A stretch of 64,000 bases of DNA from Patescibacteria group bacterium. GTDB taxonomy: Bacteria > Patescibacteriota > Saccharimonadia > CAILAD01 > JADZBC01. The position numbers were made by a program, and so were the translations under genes. Location: NCBI GenBank assembly GCA_052034495.1, contig JBPOIL010000005.1, forward strand, positions 24,710-88,709, read 5' to 3'. The notes beneath the pieces were generated by a model, which was given only the letters and a program-made list of their open reading frames with translations, was not told where the DNA came from and searched no databases. Positions 16,396 through 26,620 of the stretch are shown piece after piece; the stretch's first letter is position 1, and every line of letters begins with the position of its first letter.

Positions 16396-17574
16396 ATGGC
16401 ATACACCCTATCACAAGACCAAGCAAAGGCGCTCGGGGCAATTGGAGCATGGTACCGCGAAAAGCAGGCACCATTCATTACCTTGGGCGGCTACGCGGGT
16501 ACAGGCAAGACCACGATGATTGCCCTTCTGCGCCAAGCCCTCCACGAATACGATAAGGACACAAAAGTCGCATTCTGCGCCTACACCGGCAAGGCGTCGC
16601 AAGTCCTGCGGCAAAAACTTCGCGAGCAAAAGACCTTGCGGAGAGGAGATAACGTGTCCACGATTCACTCGCTCATATATAACAGTTCAACGAATTCCGA
16701 AGGCCACACCAGCTGGGACTTGAAAAAAGAGCTTGCCTACAACATTATCATCGTAGACGAAGCCAGCATGGTTGATGAGTACATTTGGAATGACCTGTTG
16801 AGCTTTCAGATACCCGTTTTGGCCGTAGGTGATCACGGACAGCTGCCGCCGATCAACTCGAACTTTAATCTAATGGGCGAGCCGCAGCTTAAGCTTGAAC
16901 AGATCTTTCGACAAGAGGCCGAAAGCCCAATCATCCAAGTGGCCCAGCTGGCGAGGACTAATGGCGCGATACCCGTACAGGACTTTGGCCCTGGAGTAAC
17001 AAAGCTCAATAAGTACGATTCCGAGACCGGCCAGGCCGTCGAGGAGATGCTCGGAGCATGGCGTGGCGACCTGATGGTGCTATGTGGCTACAATCATACT
17101 CGCGTGTCGCTCAACAAGCACATTCGATCATTACGAGATATTGAGGTTGAAGAGCCAACCGTCGGGGATGTCGTCGTTTGCTTGCGCAACATGCGAAGCG
17201 AGCACCTCTATAACGGACTCATTGGCACAATTGTAAGTATCGAACCAGCACCAGATGACGAAACCGACCAGTGGTATTGGACTGAAATCTACTTTGATAA
17301 TGAAAATATGACCTTCTCTGGCTACACCCTACGCGAACAGTTCGGAGCCAAAGAGACTATCAAGCGACCGCCTAAAGCTCCTGGAGATAGCACAGGAGCG
17401 TTGTTCGACTTCGGCTACGCCCTGACGGTACATAAGGCCCAAGGGTCACAGTCCCCCCGTGTTCTGCTGTTCGAAGAGCGCTTTAGCAAGATGAGCGACG
17501 AAGACTGGAACCGCTGGCTCTACACCGCCGTGACCCGGGCCGAAACCGAGCTCACTATTATCGGCACAAGGTAA
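16396..17574 (+). CDS. Short SF1B DNA helicase of about 390 aa, RecD/Dda-like.
   Basis: Walker A GYAGTGKTT, Walker B IIIVDEASMV, motif III GDHGQLPPI and motif VI LTVHKAQGSQ are present, and the C-terminus reads YTAVTRAE. Confidence 0.8.
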   Translation: MAYTLSQDQAKALGAIGAWYREKQAPFITLGGYAGTGKTTMIALLRQALHEYDKDTKVAFCAYTGKASQVLRQKLREQKTLRRGDNVSTIHSLIYNSSTNSEGHTSWDLKKELAYNIIIVDEASMVDEYIWNDLLSFQIPVLAVGDHGQLPPINSNFNLMGEPQLKLEQIFRQEAESPIIQVAQLARTNGAIPVQDFGPGVTKLNKYDSETGQAVEEMLGAWRGDLMVLCGYNHTRVSLNKHIRSLRDIEVEEPTVGDVVVCLRNMRSEHLYNGLIGTIVSIEPAPDDETDQWYWTEIYFDNENMTFSGYTLREQFGAKETIKRPPKAPGDSTGALFDFGYALTVHKAQGSQSPRVLLFEERFSKMSDEDWNRWLYTAVTRAETELTIIGTR

Positions 17575-17603
17575 TTGGCAGATCAGACCATAAGCTCTAT
17601 AAT
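17575..17603 (+). promoter_or_regulatory. Sigma70 promoter, TTGGCA-17-TATAAT.
   Basis: The hexamers are at 17575..17580 and 17598..17603. An SD, aaggaa, precedes the ATG at 17645. Confidence 0.5.
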
Positions 17604-17644
17604 CTATTCCATACCCTAATCAAGATAAAGAAGGAAACCAATAA

Positions 17645-18091
17645 ATGGCTGACGAAACAGTAGATCAAGTAAAAACCCCCGCAACTCAGGAAAAGCCAAT
17701 TGAAGACCGCAATACCCTCGAGGCGATACATCGCCTCCTGCCAGAAATTCGCGAAACGAAAGACAAGCTCAAAACTGTACGTGAGCAGCTTAAGGACGTC
17801 GAGCAGCAAAACGAAGAATATCAGCATCTCAAAGACGAGATTAGTGAGCTTACTACAAAGCGCCAGACCGCCAAGAAGCTCCTGCAAGCAGACGTTGATT
17901 ACCAGAAAGTTAGTGCTGACGTTGACGATTACCGGGCAAAGCTCAAGGACCTGCAAGAGATCATGAGTCACTACCTGGTAACCTACTATAATGAGACGCA
18001 AAAAATGCAGATAAAGGACAATGAAGGCGAAACAAGGCAGGTTGTGCTAACTGCCAAAATGGGTAAGCCTGAAGCCGACCTAGAGTCCTAG
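17645..18091 (+). CDS. Hypothetical acidic coiled-coil protein of 148 aa.
   Basis: It has heptad-like spacing of charged residues. No domain was recognised. Confidence 0.55.
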   Translation: MADETVDQVKTPATQEKPIEDRNTLEAIHRLLPEIRETKDKLKTVREQLKDVEQQNEEYQHLKDEISELTTKRQTAKKLLQADVDYQKVSADVDDYRAKLKDLQEIMSHYLVTYYNETQKMQIKDNEGETRQVVLTAKMGKPEADLES

Positions 18092-18160
18092 ACCGACCAA
18101 CCTGGCGACTCCCAGTCGGGAGTTGACCAACTAGCGTAAAAGTGATACCATATTCAGGTT

Positions 18161-18490
18161 ATGAAAGCCGGAATTCACCCAGACATCACCAAAACCAAGG
18201 TTACGTGCCTTGGCTGCAAAACCACCTTCGACACAATGTCGACCGTAGAGAAGATGGATGTTGAGTTGTGCTCAAAATGTCATCCATTCTACACTGGTAA
18301 GCAGAAGCTGATCGACACAGCAGGACGCGTCGACCGATTCCGTGCTAAACAGGAAAAAGCCAATCCTGGAAAAGTCGTCAAAAAAGCCAAGCCAAGCGAG
18401 GAAAAAGATGCTAAAGCCAAGCTTGCAGAGATTAAAGACGAGATCGTTGAATCTACCGTCGATACAGATACTACTAAGCAAGATCAGTAA
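18161..18490 (+). CDS. rpmE: 50S ribosomal protein L31, with a Lys-rich C-terminal extension.
   Basis: MKAGIHPD is present, together with the zinc-ribbon Cys pattern CLGC..CSKCHPFYTGKQK. Confidence 0.88.
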   Translation: MKAGIHPDITKTKVTCLGCKTTFDTMSTVEKMDVELCSKCHPFYTGKQKLIDTAGRVDRFRAKQEKANPGKVVKKAKPSEEKDAKAKLAEIKDEIVESTVDTDTTKQDQ

Positions 18491-18558
18491 TTACTCATCC
18501 AAACAGCGCTCCTTTGCTATAATGGCAGAAGCGCTGTTTTGTATTTAGGAATCAACCA

Positions 18559-19620
18559 ATGATAGACCAGTCAACCATCGACCAGCTCAATATGAGGATC
18601 AAAGAACTTAGCGAAGAGCTAAGTGATCCGGCAGTCTATGCCTCGCCACGGTCTGCCAAGCTCGTAACCGAACAGCGCGAGCTCCAAAGCAGGCTTGAGC
18701 TATTTGAGAAGGTTATCCGAACAGAACGTGAGCTCCGTGAATCACAGGACCTCCTGAACGATCCTGAGATGGCCGACCTTGCCAAAGCAGAAATCCCAGA
18801 GCTCGAGGCAACCCTAGAAAAGCTCAAATCAAAGGTTCGAGCTGCGCTCGTGCCCAAGGACCCTCATGACACCAAGGATGCCATCCTAGAAATCCGTGCT
18901 GGGGCAGGCGGCGACGAGTCGAGCCTATTTACAGGCGAGCTGGTAAGGATGTATGCCCGCTTTGCTGAACAGCATGGCCTCAAGATGTCCATCATGAATG
19001 ATAACCCGGGCACATCTGGAGGGTATAAAGAATTTATAGCCGAGGTAACGGGACCAAACGCCTATGGTGTCATGAAATACGAATCCGGAGTACATAGAGT
19101 ACAGCGTATTCCTGCGACCGAGTCGGCTGGGCGTATTCATACATCTACCGTTACCGTTGCCGTGCTCCCCGAGGCAGAGGAAAATGAAATTGAGATTGAC
19201 CCCAACGATCTACGAGTTGATGTATATCGCTCCAGCGGCAATGGCGGCCAGAGCGTGAATACAACCGACAGCGCAGTACGACTAACTCACATCCCGACCA
19301 ATACTGTAGTCACGTGCCAAGATGAAAAGTCCCAGCTCAAAAACAAGCTCAAGGCCATGAGCATACTGCGCTCCCGCCTACTTGCCGTGCAGGAAGAACA
19401 GAAACGCAAAGAACTCGGCGAGGCGAGGCTTTCCCAAATTGGTACGGGAGATAGGAGTGAAAAGATACGCACCTATAACTTCCCTCAGGACCGAGTGACC
19501 GATCATCGAATCGGCTACACCCGTCACAACCTCCCTGGATTCATGGATGGCGACATCGACGACATGCTCGAGCAGCTGCGCGAAGCAGACATCACGAAAG
19601 CCCTAGAGAGCCAACAATAA
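18559..19620 (+). CDS. prfA: Peptide chain release factor 1.
   Basis: The GGQ motif SGNGGQSVNTT and the PAT tripeptide RIPATES typical of RF1 are present. It is followed directly by prmC. Confidence 0.9.
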   Translation: MIDQSTIDQLNMRIKELSEELSDPAVYASPRSAKLVTEQRELQSRLELFEKVIRTERELRESQDLLNDPEMADLAKAEIPELEATLEKLKSKVRAALVPKDPHDTKDAILEIRAGAGGDESSLFTGELVRMYARFAEQHGLKMSIMNDNPGTSGGYKEFIAEVTGPNAYGVMKYESGVHRVQRIPATESAGRIHTSTVTVAVLPEAEENEIEIDPNDLRVDVYRSSGNGGQSVNTTDSAVRLTHIPTNTVVTCQDEKSQLKNKLKAMSILRSRLLAVQEEQKRKELGEARLSQIGTGDRSEKIRTYNFPQDRVTDHRIGYTRHNLPGFMDGDIDDMLEQLREADITKALESQQ

Positions 19621-20424
19621 ATGAAAGTCCGTGATGCGCTGCAATCGGCACAGCGGGAACTTGAAGCCGCCCAAGTAAACTCAGTTCGCCTGGATAGCGA
19701 ACTACTCCTTTGCCATATACTCGACAAAGACCGCACCTGGCTCCTTGCCCACGACCAAGAAACGCTTACCGCAGAGCAGCTAAACCAATACCAAGAAATC
19801 ATTCGTAAACGCTCAAACCACGCACCCGTTGTGCACCTCACTAACAAGCGTGAGTTTTACGGCATTGAACTATATATCAACGACAAGGTACTCACACCCA
19901 GGGTGGAGACAGAAAAGATGGTTGATTTTGCAATTAAGCATGCGCCAAAGAACGGAAAGCTTATCGACATCGGGACTGGCAGCGGAGCTATTGCTATTGC
20001 TATTGCGAAGCACAGGCCAGACATCGATGTATTTGCTACAGAAGTCAGCCCTGAAGCCCTAGAGGTTGCCAAGAAGAACGTGAAAGACGTCGGGCTCAGC
20101 ATCCGCCTTGTGCAAGCAGACTTGTTCGATGGAGTAAACGAAAGCTTCGACGTTGTAGTTTGCAATTTGCCCTATTTGTCAGACACAGCGGACTTGATGC
20201 CGGAGGTAAAGAATGAGCCAGGAGTCGCCCTATTTGGAGGGCCAGATGGCCTTGATATATATCGCCGGTTCCTCAAGAACCTCCCGAGTCACCTTAAGCC
20301 TAATGGCTTCCTCTTCACCGAATGCGATCCGTGGCAACAAGAAGGGCTAATAGAAGAGGCTAAACGCGCGGGTCTTAAGCTTATTGAAGAAGATTACTTT
20401 ATACTCGGCTTTCAGGCCAACTAG
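19621..20424 (+). CDS. prmC: Release factor glutamine N5-methyltransferase, PrmC/HemK.
   Basis: The SAM-binding motif IDIGTGSGAIAI and the catalytic motif VVCNLPY (NPPY type) are present. Confidence 0.85.
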   Translation: MKVRDALQSAQRELEAAQVNSVRLDSELLLCHILDKDRTWLLAHDQETLTAEQLNQYQEIIRKRSNHAPVVHLTNKREFYGIELYINDKVLTPRVETEKMVDFAIKHAPKNGKLIDIGTGSGAIAIAIAKHRPDIDVFATEVSPEALEVAKKNVKDVGLSIRLVQADLFDGVNESFDVVVCNLPYLSDTADLMPEVKNEPGVALFGGPDGLDIYRRFLKNLPSHLKPNGFLFTECDPWQQEGLIEEAKRAGLKLIEEDYFILGFQAN

Positions 20425-20427
20425 GCA

Positions 20428-21633
20428 TTATTGGGCTGGTGCTTCAGCCAGCTTCACTTTCAGAACTTGCTCCTTGCCGTCACGCAGCAACGTTACTTTG
20501 ATTGTCTCGCCAACTTCGAATTTGCCGATTGTTGATGCAAGCGAATTGTTTTCATTTAAGTCTGTGTCGTTCAAGCGAATAATGACATCTCCCGCTTGGA
20601 CACCAGCCTTATCAGCCGGACTACCAGACAGTACACTACCTTCTCCAGAAATCAAAGCCCCACCGATAGCTTTGGCCAGTATATTGTTCCTTGCTGCGAT
20701 ATCCTGGGTAACTGCGACATAGCGCACCCCTAGATAGGCACGTGTAATCTTCCCGCTCTGGGCAACGGTCGCGATGTCCTTCTTGGCCTCATTAATCGGA
20801 ATGGCAAACCCTATATTTTCAGCCCCATCCCCGGCAACAGCAGTATTAATACCGATTACTTCACCAGCGATATTCACGAGTGGCCCACCAGAATTACCTG
20901 GGTTTATGGCGGCATCGGTCTGGAAGAGATTCTGCAAACTCTCGGTGCCATTACCGCCCGTAGCCGTTATTGGTCGACTCTTGCCCGATATCACGCCCGT
21001 AGTGACTGTATTCTGGAATTGGCCCAAGGCGTTGCCGATTGCAATTACTCGCTGACCCACCTGAACCTTGGAGGAATCACCTAGTTTTGCTGCGACTAAA
21101 TCCTTCGCGGCGATCTTCAGGAACGCAATGTCGTTACTTGGGTCTTTCGCGACGACCTTTGCATCACTATACTCCTTGCCGTCACTCGTTATGACCGTAA
21201 AGCTCTCGCCTCCTTCGACCACGTGTTTGTTTGTGAGGATCAAACCGTCTGACTTCAATATAATTCCTGTACCCGACGAGGCTTCCGTTTGGCTCTGGCC
21301 AAAGAAATCCACGCTGCTACTGTTGGTAGTAATACTAACGACACTCGGAGAAACCTCCTTGGCAACGCTTATGACTGCCGAGTCTTCCTTCACCAGTAAG
21401 CTCTTGCGCTCCTCTACCAGCCGCGTGGCACCACCAAGCACGCTAGACTGTAGCCAAGCCCCAAAAAAGCCTGCAACGATGCAAAGCACCACGAGGCCAA
21501 GACCCAAGTAGAACGGGCTCCTTGGCCCCTGCTTCTTTGTTTTAAGCCCCACGTTGCCACCCTTCTTTGGTAGCTTCGGTACGGCGGGGGGTACCGCTGA
21601 CGACTTAGTTTCAGTTTTTATATTGTCCTGCAT
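20428..21633 (-). CDS. htrA: HtrA/DegP-family serine protease with a PDZ domain.
   Basis: An N-terminal TM anchor is present, the catalytic motif GNSGGPLVN is present, and a C-terminal PDZ domain ends in VTLLRDGKEQVLKVKL. Confidence 0.88.
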   Translation of the reverse strand: MQDNIKTETKSSAVPPAVPKLPKKGGNVGLKTKKQGPRSPFYLGLGLVVLCIVAGFFGAWLQSSVLGGATRLVEERKSLLVKEDSAVISVAKEVSPSVVSITTNSSSVDFFGQSQTEASSGTGIILKSDGLILTNKHVVEGGESFTVITSDGKEYSDAKVVAKDPSNDIAFLKIAAKDLVAAKLGDSSKVQVGQRVIAIGNALGQFQNTVTTGVISGKSRPITATGGNGTESLQNLFQTDAAINPGNSGGPLVNIAGEVIGINTAVAGDGAENIGFAIPINEAKKDIATVAQSGKITRAYLGVRYVAVTQDIAARNNILAKAIGGALISGEGSVLSGSPADKAGVQAGDVIIRLNDTDLNENNSLASTIGKFEVGETIKVTLLRDGKEQVLKVKLAEAPAQ

Positions 21634-21688
21634 AGTGCTCCTTTACTACCTATTATAGCGAAAAAACTGAAGACTGCCTTAATGAGGC

Positions 21689-22462
21689 CTAAAACCATTT
21701 CGTAGTCAGGAAGGTCGCCACGAATATAACAATAAACACAGCCATATACTCTACTGCCAGCTGAATACGCAAAGGCTTACTGCTACGACTACGGTGAATT
21801 CCTCCTAAGCTGTATGCCAGTGCGCCGATAATAATCGCTGCCTGAGCGATGATAATATTTAGTCGAGGTAACTGATATACCAGCACCCAGTGTGAATAAG
21901 CCCACACGAGCTGGGCGCTAACCAAGCCAAAAACCGAGGCATAAAGGGTGGGCGCATCATCTGCCTTACCGACCTCGATAATCCACCACAGCGCCACATA
22001 GCCTAATACAATAAATACGAGGGGCAGCACAATGAAGCTCGGGACTCGCCAATAAGCCATGCTCAATACGGCAAAGTTGACCACGAGGCCAATTTGAATC
22101 AAGGCTATTGAACTCGAAGACCAAACCGGGAGCTGCGTGCGCAGTGTAGCCAAACTAACTACGCCAAACAGGATAGTGACGACGGCGGTATACAGCACAA
22201 AAGACGGAATGTTTATACCATATATCTGGACCAAGAGCATACTATAAAGCGAAGCGGTCGCAACAAATATGAACGGCTGCAAGGACTTCGCGATCACGAC
22301 CGATCGATTACCGCCAGTGAGCAGGCGCCTCATCATAAAGAGTATTAAGCCCGCTTGAAGGAATAGCCCAACAAGCCAGTACCGGGTTAGGTAATAGAAT
22401 AGAAATATTATCAATGCCTGAAATGGCAAGGAAAAAAGTATGGTTCGCTGTGTCTTTGTCAT
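21689..22462 (-). CDS. Polytopic membrane protein, hypothetical, with about 8 TM helices.
   Basis: It is hydrophobic throughout. It abuts the stop of the LCP gene, the two sharing a base. Confidence 0.55.
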   Translation of the reverse strand: MTKTQRTILFSLPFQALIIFLFYYLTRYWLVGLFLQAGLILFMMRRLLTGGNRSVVIAKSLQPFIFVATASLYSMLLVQIYGINIPSFVLYTAVVTILFGVVSLATLRTQLPVWSSSSIALIQIGLVVNFAVLSMAYWRVPSFIVLPLVFIVLGYVALWWIIEVGKADDAPTLYASVFGLVSAQLVWAYSHWVLVYQLPRLNIIIAQAAIIIGALAYSLGGIHRSRSSKPLRIQLAVEYMAVFIVIFVATFLTTKWF

Positions 22463-23943
22463 TAGTATAAATTGGTTGGCTTGTAGTCAGCTCCAATTGT
22501 AATGGTAATCTGTGGTTGCGTCGATACCTGGCCCGTAGTATTTGGCTGAGATGCGCCGGGAGAAGCTTGTGGAATAGACTTTGGCGCTACGCTCTGAGCT
22601 TTCGTTGCCTTTACCCCAAAACGTTTTTCTAAGTATCGCAAAGTGTAGGGGTTCTTGCCATTACTATAATCGACGATCTGTGTCTTTGCATACGTAGTGC
22701 GGTCTGCAGAGACGGTGCTTATAACGTTATAGCTGTAGCCCTTCAGTAAGTTTGTTGCGCTCAGGGCCAAGCCAGGTCGGGCCGTGCCGTTCTGCACCTC
22801 AATCGGTGCGTTCTCTTGCTTGATATACCCATCCACAAATATGGACTTAACAAACTTCTGAATCTGAGTATAGTTGCCTATTCCAGCAGCAGGCACAACC
22901 ACGCTAGCCCCGCCAATGTTTGCTGTGCGGACCAAATTTGTACCCTTGGCCTCATCATTATCCAGGACCGCATTAACCATCTTGGTGCTATCCACCTTCT
23001 TACTTATATCGATAAGGCGCTGGATTTCCCCTATTTGTAAATCGAGGCGGATGTTATCCCCTACGGTATCAATCAGGCCAGAGAGCTTGGCCGGGTCCAG
23101 TAGCGTCTTTGCGCTAAGGGCCTTAGCCTTAAGCGCAACTAAAACCTGCTGTTGCCGCTGTGCGCGACCAAAATCATCGCCACAATTACCCTTACGGCAC
23201 CTGACGTACTTGAGTGCAGTTGCTCCGTCCATTTTTTGTACGCCAGCTTTCAACTTAAAACCACATGACAGATTGGGGTTCTTCTCGCAGGGGTATTCGA
23301 TGTCGTATAGTGCCTGCTTGACGTCAATGGTGACGCCGCCAACAGAATCAACCGCCTGCTTAAAGGCCGTGAAGTCCGTTCTAAAAAAATAGTGGATTGG
23401 TACGCCGAGCGCAGAACTAACTACCTTCTTTGCCATATCCGGTCCGCCGTCTTTTTTAAGCTGTTCTCCATAGGCATGCGCTGCATTGATCTTGCTATAA
23501 CCAAACCCAGGTACATTCACCCATAGGTCTCTTGGGATGCCAAGCATGGCAACATCGTTCGTCTGAGGGTCAATGCTCAAGACCATCATGGTGTCACTCA
23601 GTTTTGCACCCGAATGCGTATTGTCTCCAACCCCTAACAATAAGATGTTTATGCGCCCTTCGCCCTCACCCTTCAGTTGTGACAGTTGCAGTTTACCCTT
23701 CAGCCCAGCAGCGCTAACCCCGGTGTTCCGTTGGATGACCTTACCCAGAGAAAGATAGCTTTTTGCAGCAAACGCACTGCCACCAGCGAGCAGTACGAGA
23801 GCCAGAATAATTACTGCACTACGGAACCTATGTTTACCCTTAACTTTACGGCTCTTTGGGTCGTAAATAAAAGCCGGGTCGCCACCTCCACTGTTGCGAC
23901 TCGATGAAACACTCACCCCCTTTGTAGTTTTCTTCAGGCCCAT
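22462..23943 (-). CDS. LytR-CpsA-Psr (LCP) family protein.
   Basis: An N-terminal TM helix is followed by the LCP domain INILLLGVGDN..SDTMMVLSIDP..AMLGIPRDLWV. Confidence 0.85.
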   Translation of the reverse strand: MGLKKTTKGVSVSSSRNSGGGDPAFIYDPKSRKVKGKHRFRSAVIILALVLLAGGSAFAAKSYLSLGKVIQRNTGVSAAGLKGKLQLSQLKGEGEGRINILLLGVGDNTHSGAKLSDTMMVLSIDPQTNDVAMLGIPRDLWVNVPGFGYSKINAAHAYGEQLKKDGGPDMAKKVVSSALGVPIHYFFRTDFTAFKQAVDSVGGVTIDVKQALYDIEYPCEKNPNLSCGFKLKAGVQKMDGATALKYVRCRKGNCGDDFGRAQRQQQVLVALKAKALSAKTLLDPAKLSGLIDTVGDNIRLDLQIGEIQRLIDISKKVDSTKMVNAVLDNDEAKGTNLVRTANIGGASVVVPAAGIGNYTQIQKFVKSIFVDGYIKQENAPIEVQNGTARPGLALSATNLLKGYSYNVISTVSADRTTYAKTQIVDYSNGKNPYTLRYLEKRFGVKATKAQSVAPKSIPQASPGASQPNTTGQVSTQPQITITIGADYKPTNLY

Positions 23944-24018
23944 TTAGGCTATTATAATGGCTCGAGACTGCTTTCGTAAAGCTTATGGCTCTTCCAATAC
24001 CCCTTATGCCCAGCTATA

Positions 24019-24873
24019 ATGATGAGCATGCAACAAGACCCGCACAACAGCACTGAGCCAGTAGCTCCTAGCCTTCACCCAGGGACCACGCCCCCTCAGC
24101 CCCAGCACAACCACGCTGTGCCGCCGGCTAGCCCTCATGCTCCTGCGGCAGCTCAAGCCGCGCCGGCGCTGGCAGACAAACCACAAACTCACCCCAAGCT
24201 TGCTCCACCCCTAAAGCCAGCTGCACAGCAAGAAGAAGACCAGACCGACGCGAGCGAAGAGGAGTTCGAAGAAGAACGAGCACCGAGCGCAATACTTGGA
24301 GTCCTAAAAACGATATTCAGCTGGATCGTTCTGCCGGGACTTATAGTTTTATTCCTGCATAGCTTCGTCTTCCAGGCCTTCTACGTTTCCGGTAGCAGTA
24401 TGAACCCGGGCTTTCAAGACGGCGACTATCTTATTATCGACAAGGTTGGCTTTACCCTAACTACAATCAAAGCCGGCCTAGGCATGGACACGAGCTTAGA
24501 TCTAAAGCGAGGAGACGTGCTGGTGTTCCGCTACCCAAATAGTCCTGGCACCTTCTTTATCAAGCGCCTTATAGGGCTGCCCGGCGAACGTGTGGTACTG
24601 AAGAATGGAAAGTTCACTATATATAACGATGCTAACCCCGATGGCCTAGAGCTCAACGAGCCCTACATTGACCAGTCACTAACAACTCAGGGTGAAATTG
24701 ACGAGGTAGTAGAAGAAGGAAAATACTTTGTCGTTGGAGATAATAGGGCGCCGAACGGCAGCTTTGATTCACGGGAGTGGGGGCAGCTACCGAGGTTTGA
24801 TATCGTAGGGGTCGCCACAGCCCGCCTCTTGCCTATTAACGAGCTCGGTCCGCTTAAGCACCCTACGTACTAG
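24019..24873 (+). CDS. lepB: Signal peptidase I with a long Pro/Ala-rich N-terminal region.
   Basis: Box B GSSMNPGF (catalytic Ser), box D KRLIGLPGE and box E GDNRAPNGSFDSREWG are all present. Confidence 0.85.
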   Translation: MMSMQQDPHNSTEPVAPSLHPGTTPPQPQHNHAVPPASPHAPAAAQAAPALADKPQTHPKLAPPLKPAAQQEEDQTDASEEEFEEERAPSAILGVLKTIFSWIVLPGLIVLFLHSFVFQAFYVSGSSMNPGFQDGDYLIIDKVGFTLTTIKAGLGMDTSLDLKRGDVLVFRYPNSPGTFFIKRLIGLPGERVVLKNGKFTIYNDANPDGLELNEPYIDQSLTTQGEIDEVVEEGKYFVVGDNRAPNGSFDSREWGQLPRFDIVGVATARLLPINELGPLKHPTY

Positions 24874-25717
24874 ACTGAGCAGAGGTAAATTCGATGTAAT
24901 CCCAGAACTGTGGCCAGGTTTTGCCTACACAGCCCGGGTCTACGAATTCGGCTTTCTGCCTTCCAGACATGGCGAGCGCCTGGACGACGCGATGATCGTG
25001 AGAGTCGACAACCCTGGCATCCAGTAAGCGCTCCATTTCAGCAATCCGGTCGCTCTCATGTTGCCTCAGGCTTGGCCAACGTCTTTCTCCTTCCCTTGCA
25101 CTAATGAGCCCGAATGCCCTGGCAAAGCAATAGTCCTCTGCCTGAATTGGGGCAAAGTTCATTACCCCACTTTCTCGGTAGGATTCATATGCGCGTGCTT
25201 GTCGAGCAATTGTGCCATCCTTCCGAGGTACCCAGTCCAAACCCCTATCAATCCGTTGGCGCCAATGCTCTTTTGCTTCGAATGTCATCTCTAAATGGTA
25301 TGGTAAAGCCCCGGAGGGGCATTGTACGTCCGTGAATAGTACAGCCGCACTCGCCCACTGTGATGTATGCGCATCAAGCTGAAGCAATTCGTCAATGGGC
25401 ATCTCCACGACCGAGCCGTCGACCGTTAACTTTCGGCCCTGCAGAGTGCCTTCTGTCTTGAACTCCATATTCATTGAAAACTTCCAATTAGCAAACATCA
25501 GAAAGCGATACAGAGTACCTGATTCGCCCACATTTATCTCGGCACCCTTGTGCCAAGATTTTGCCGCACGCAAAAGTGCTTCGAGGTCGGTCCCAATAGA
25601 CCCGGCTGGACAAGATCCCAACTCGTCAGCTATCTGACTTCTACCGTGAACAATATCTAGAACGCCCATGCGGATAAGCCAAGACTTCTCTAGCGGAATA
25701 AAGTCATCCGAACTCAC
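24863..25717 (-). CDS. Hypothetical protein of 284 aa.
   Basis: A long ORF with normal composition. It contains the local motif GESGTLYRFL, which is reminiscent of a phosphate-binding loop in enolpyruvyl-transferase-like proteins, but the protein is too short for that fold. No confident family. Confidence 0.5.
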   Translation of the reverse strand: MSSDDFIPLEKSWLIRMGVLDIVHGRSQIADELGSCPAGSIGTDLEALLRAAKSWHKGAEINVGESGTLYRFLMFANWKFSMNMEFKTEGTLQGRKLTVDGSVVEMPIDELLQLDAHTSQWASAAVLFTDVQCPSGALPYHLEMTFEAKEHWRQRIDRGLDWVPRKDGTIARQARAYESYRESGVMNFAPIQAEDYCFARAFGLISAREGERRWPSLRQHESDRIAEMERLLDARVVDSHDHRVVQALAMSGRQKAEFVDPGCVGKTWPQFWDYIEFTSAQSST

Positions 25718-25723
25718 ACCTAA

Positions 25724-26620
25724 CTACTCGCCGAGAATCTGATGGTATAAACGACCAAGTTCTTCGTCGGAATAGAATTCAATTACGAGCTTACCGCCCT
25801 TGGCGGTCTTGTGAACATCAACCTTGGTGCCAAGGTATTTACCCAAGTCGGCAGTGAGCTGGGCATTATACGTCTGTTTCTCTACAACCTTCTTGACGGC
25901 CTCCTTGCCTTCTTTCTTAAAGTTACGGGCCAGCTCTTCGGCTTGACGCACATTCAGTCCACCCTTAATAATCATATCCAAGAATAACAGCTGGTCTTCA
26001 GGGTCTGTTACAGCAAGGATCTGTCTGGCATGCCCTTCGGTAATGACACCGTCATTGAGCGCCTGCTTGGCCTCGTGGGGCAGATTGAGCAGCCTCATAA
26101 TGTTACCCACGGTGGATACAGCCTTACCCACGCGCTGAGATATCTGCTCTAGCGTCATACTAAACTGGTCTGCCAACTTAGCGTAGGCGCTTGCCAGCTC
26201 GAGAGCATTGAGCTCACTTCGCTGAATGTTTTCTATCAAAGCGACTTCTAGCTGCTCCTGCTGCGAAAAACTTCGCACAATTGCAGGCACCGTCTTGAGA
26301 CCAACTAACTTAGCGGCGCGCAATCTACGTTCACCGGCAATGAGCTGGTAAGTGCCGCCTTCGCGCACAACCACCAACGGCTGAACAATCCCGTGCTCCT
26401 TGATCGACTGGGCCAACTCTCCCAGCTGCTCATCGGAAAAGTTCGAGCGGGGCTGATTTGGGTTGGGAACGATGTCGTTAACACCTAGGTCTTCGACGCG
26501 CGCGCCCTCCTTAACCAACTCCTTCGGCATAGAAGGCGCTGCGAACTCATCGATGTCCGTAGGTATCAGACTATCCAAGCCTCGACCTAAACGGCTGCTT
26601 CCCTGATTACTTGCTGACAC
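25724..26620 (-). CDS. parB: Chromosome partitioning protein ParB/Spo0J.
   Basis: The ParB box IAGERRLRAAKL and the HTH region are present. It overlaps parA by 14 nt. Confidence 0.88.
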   Translation of the reverse strand: MSASNQGSSRLGRGLDSLIPTDIDEFAAPSMPKELVKEGARVEDLGVNDIVPNPNQPRSNFSDEQLGELAQSIKEHGIVQPLVVVREGGTYQLIAGERRLRAAKLVGLKTVPAIVRSFSQQEQLEVALIENIQRSELNALELASAYAKLADQFSMTLEQISQRVGKAVSTVGNIMRLLNLPHEAKQALNDGVITEGHARQILAVTDPEDQLLFLDMIIKGGLNVRQAEELARNFKKEGKEAVKKVVEKQTYNAQLTADLGKYLGTKVDVHKTAKGGKLVIEFYSDEELGRLYHQILGE

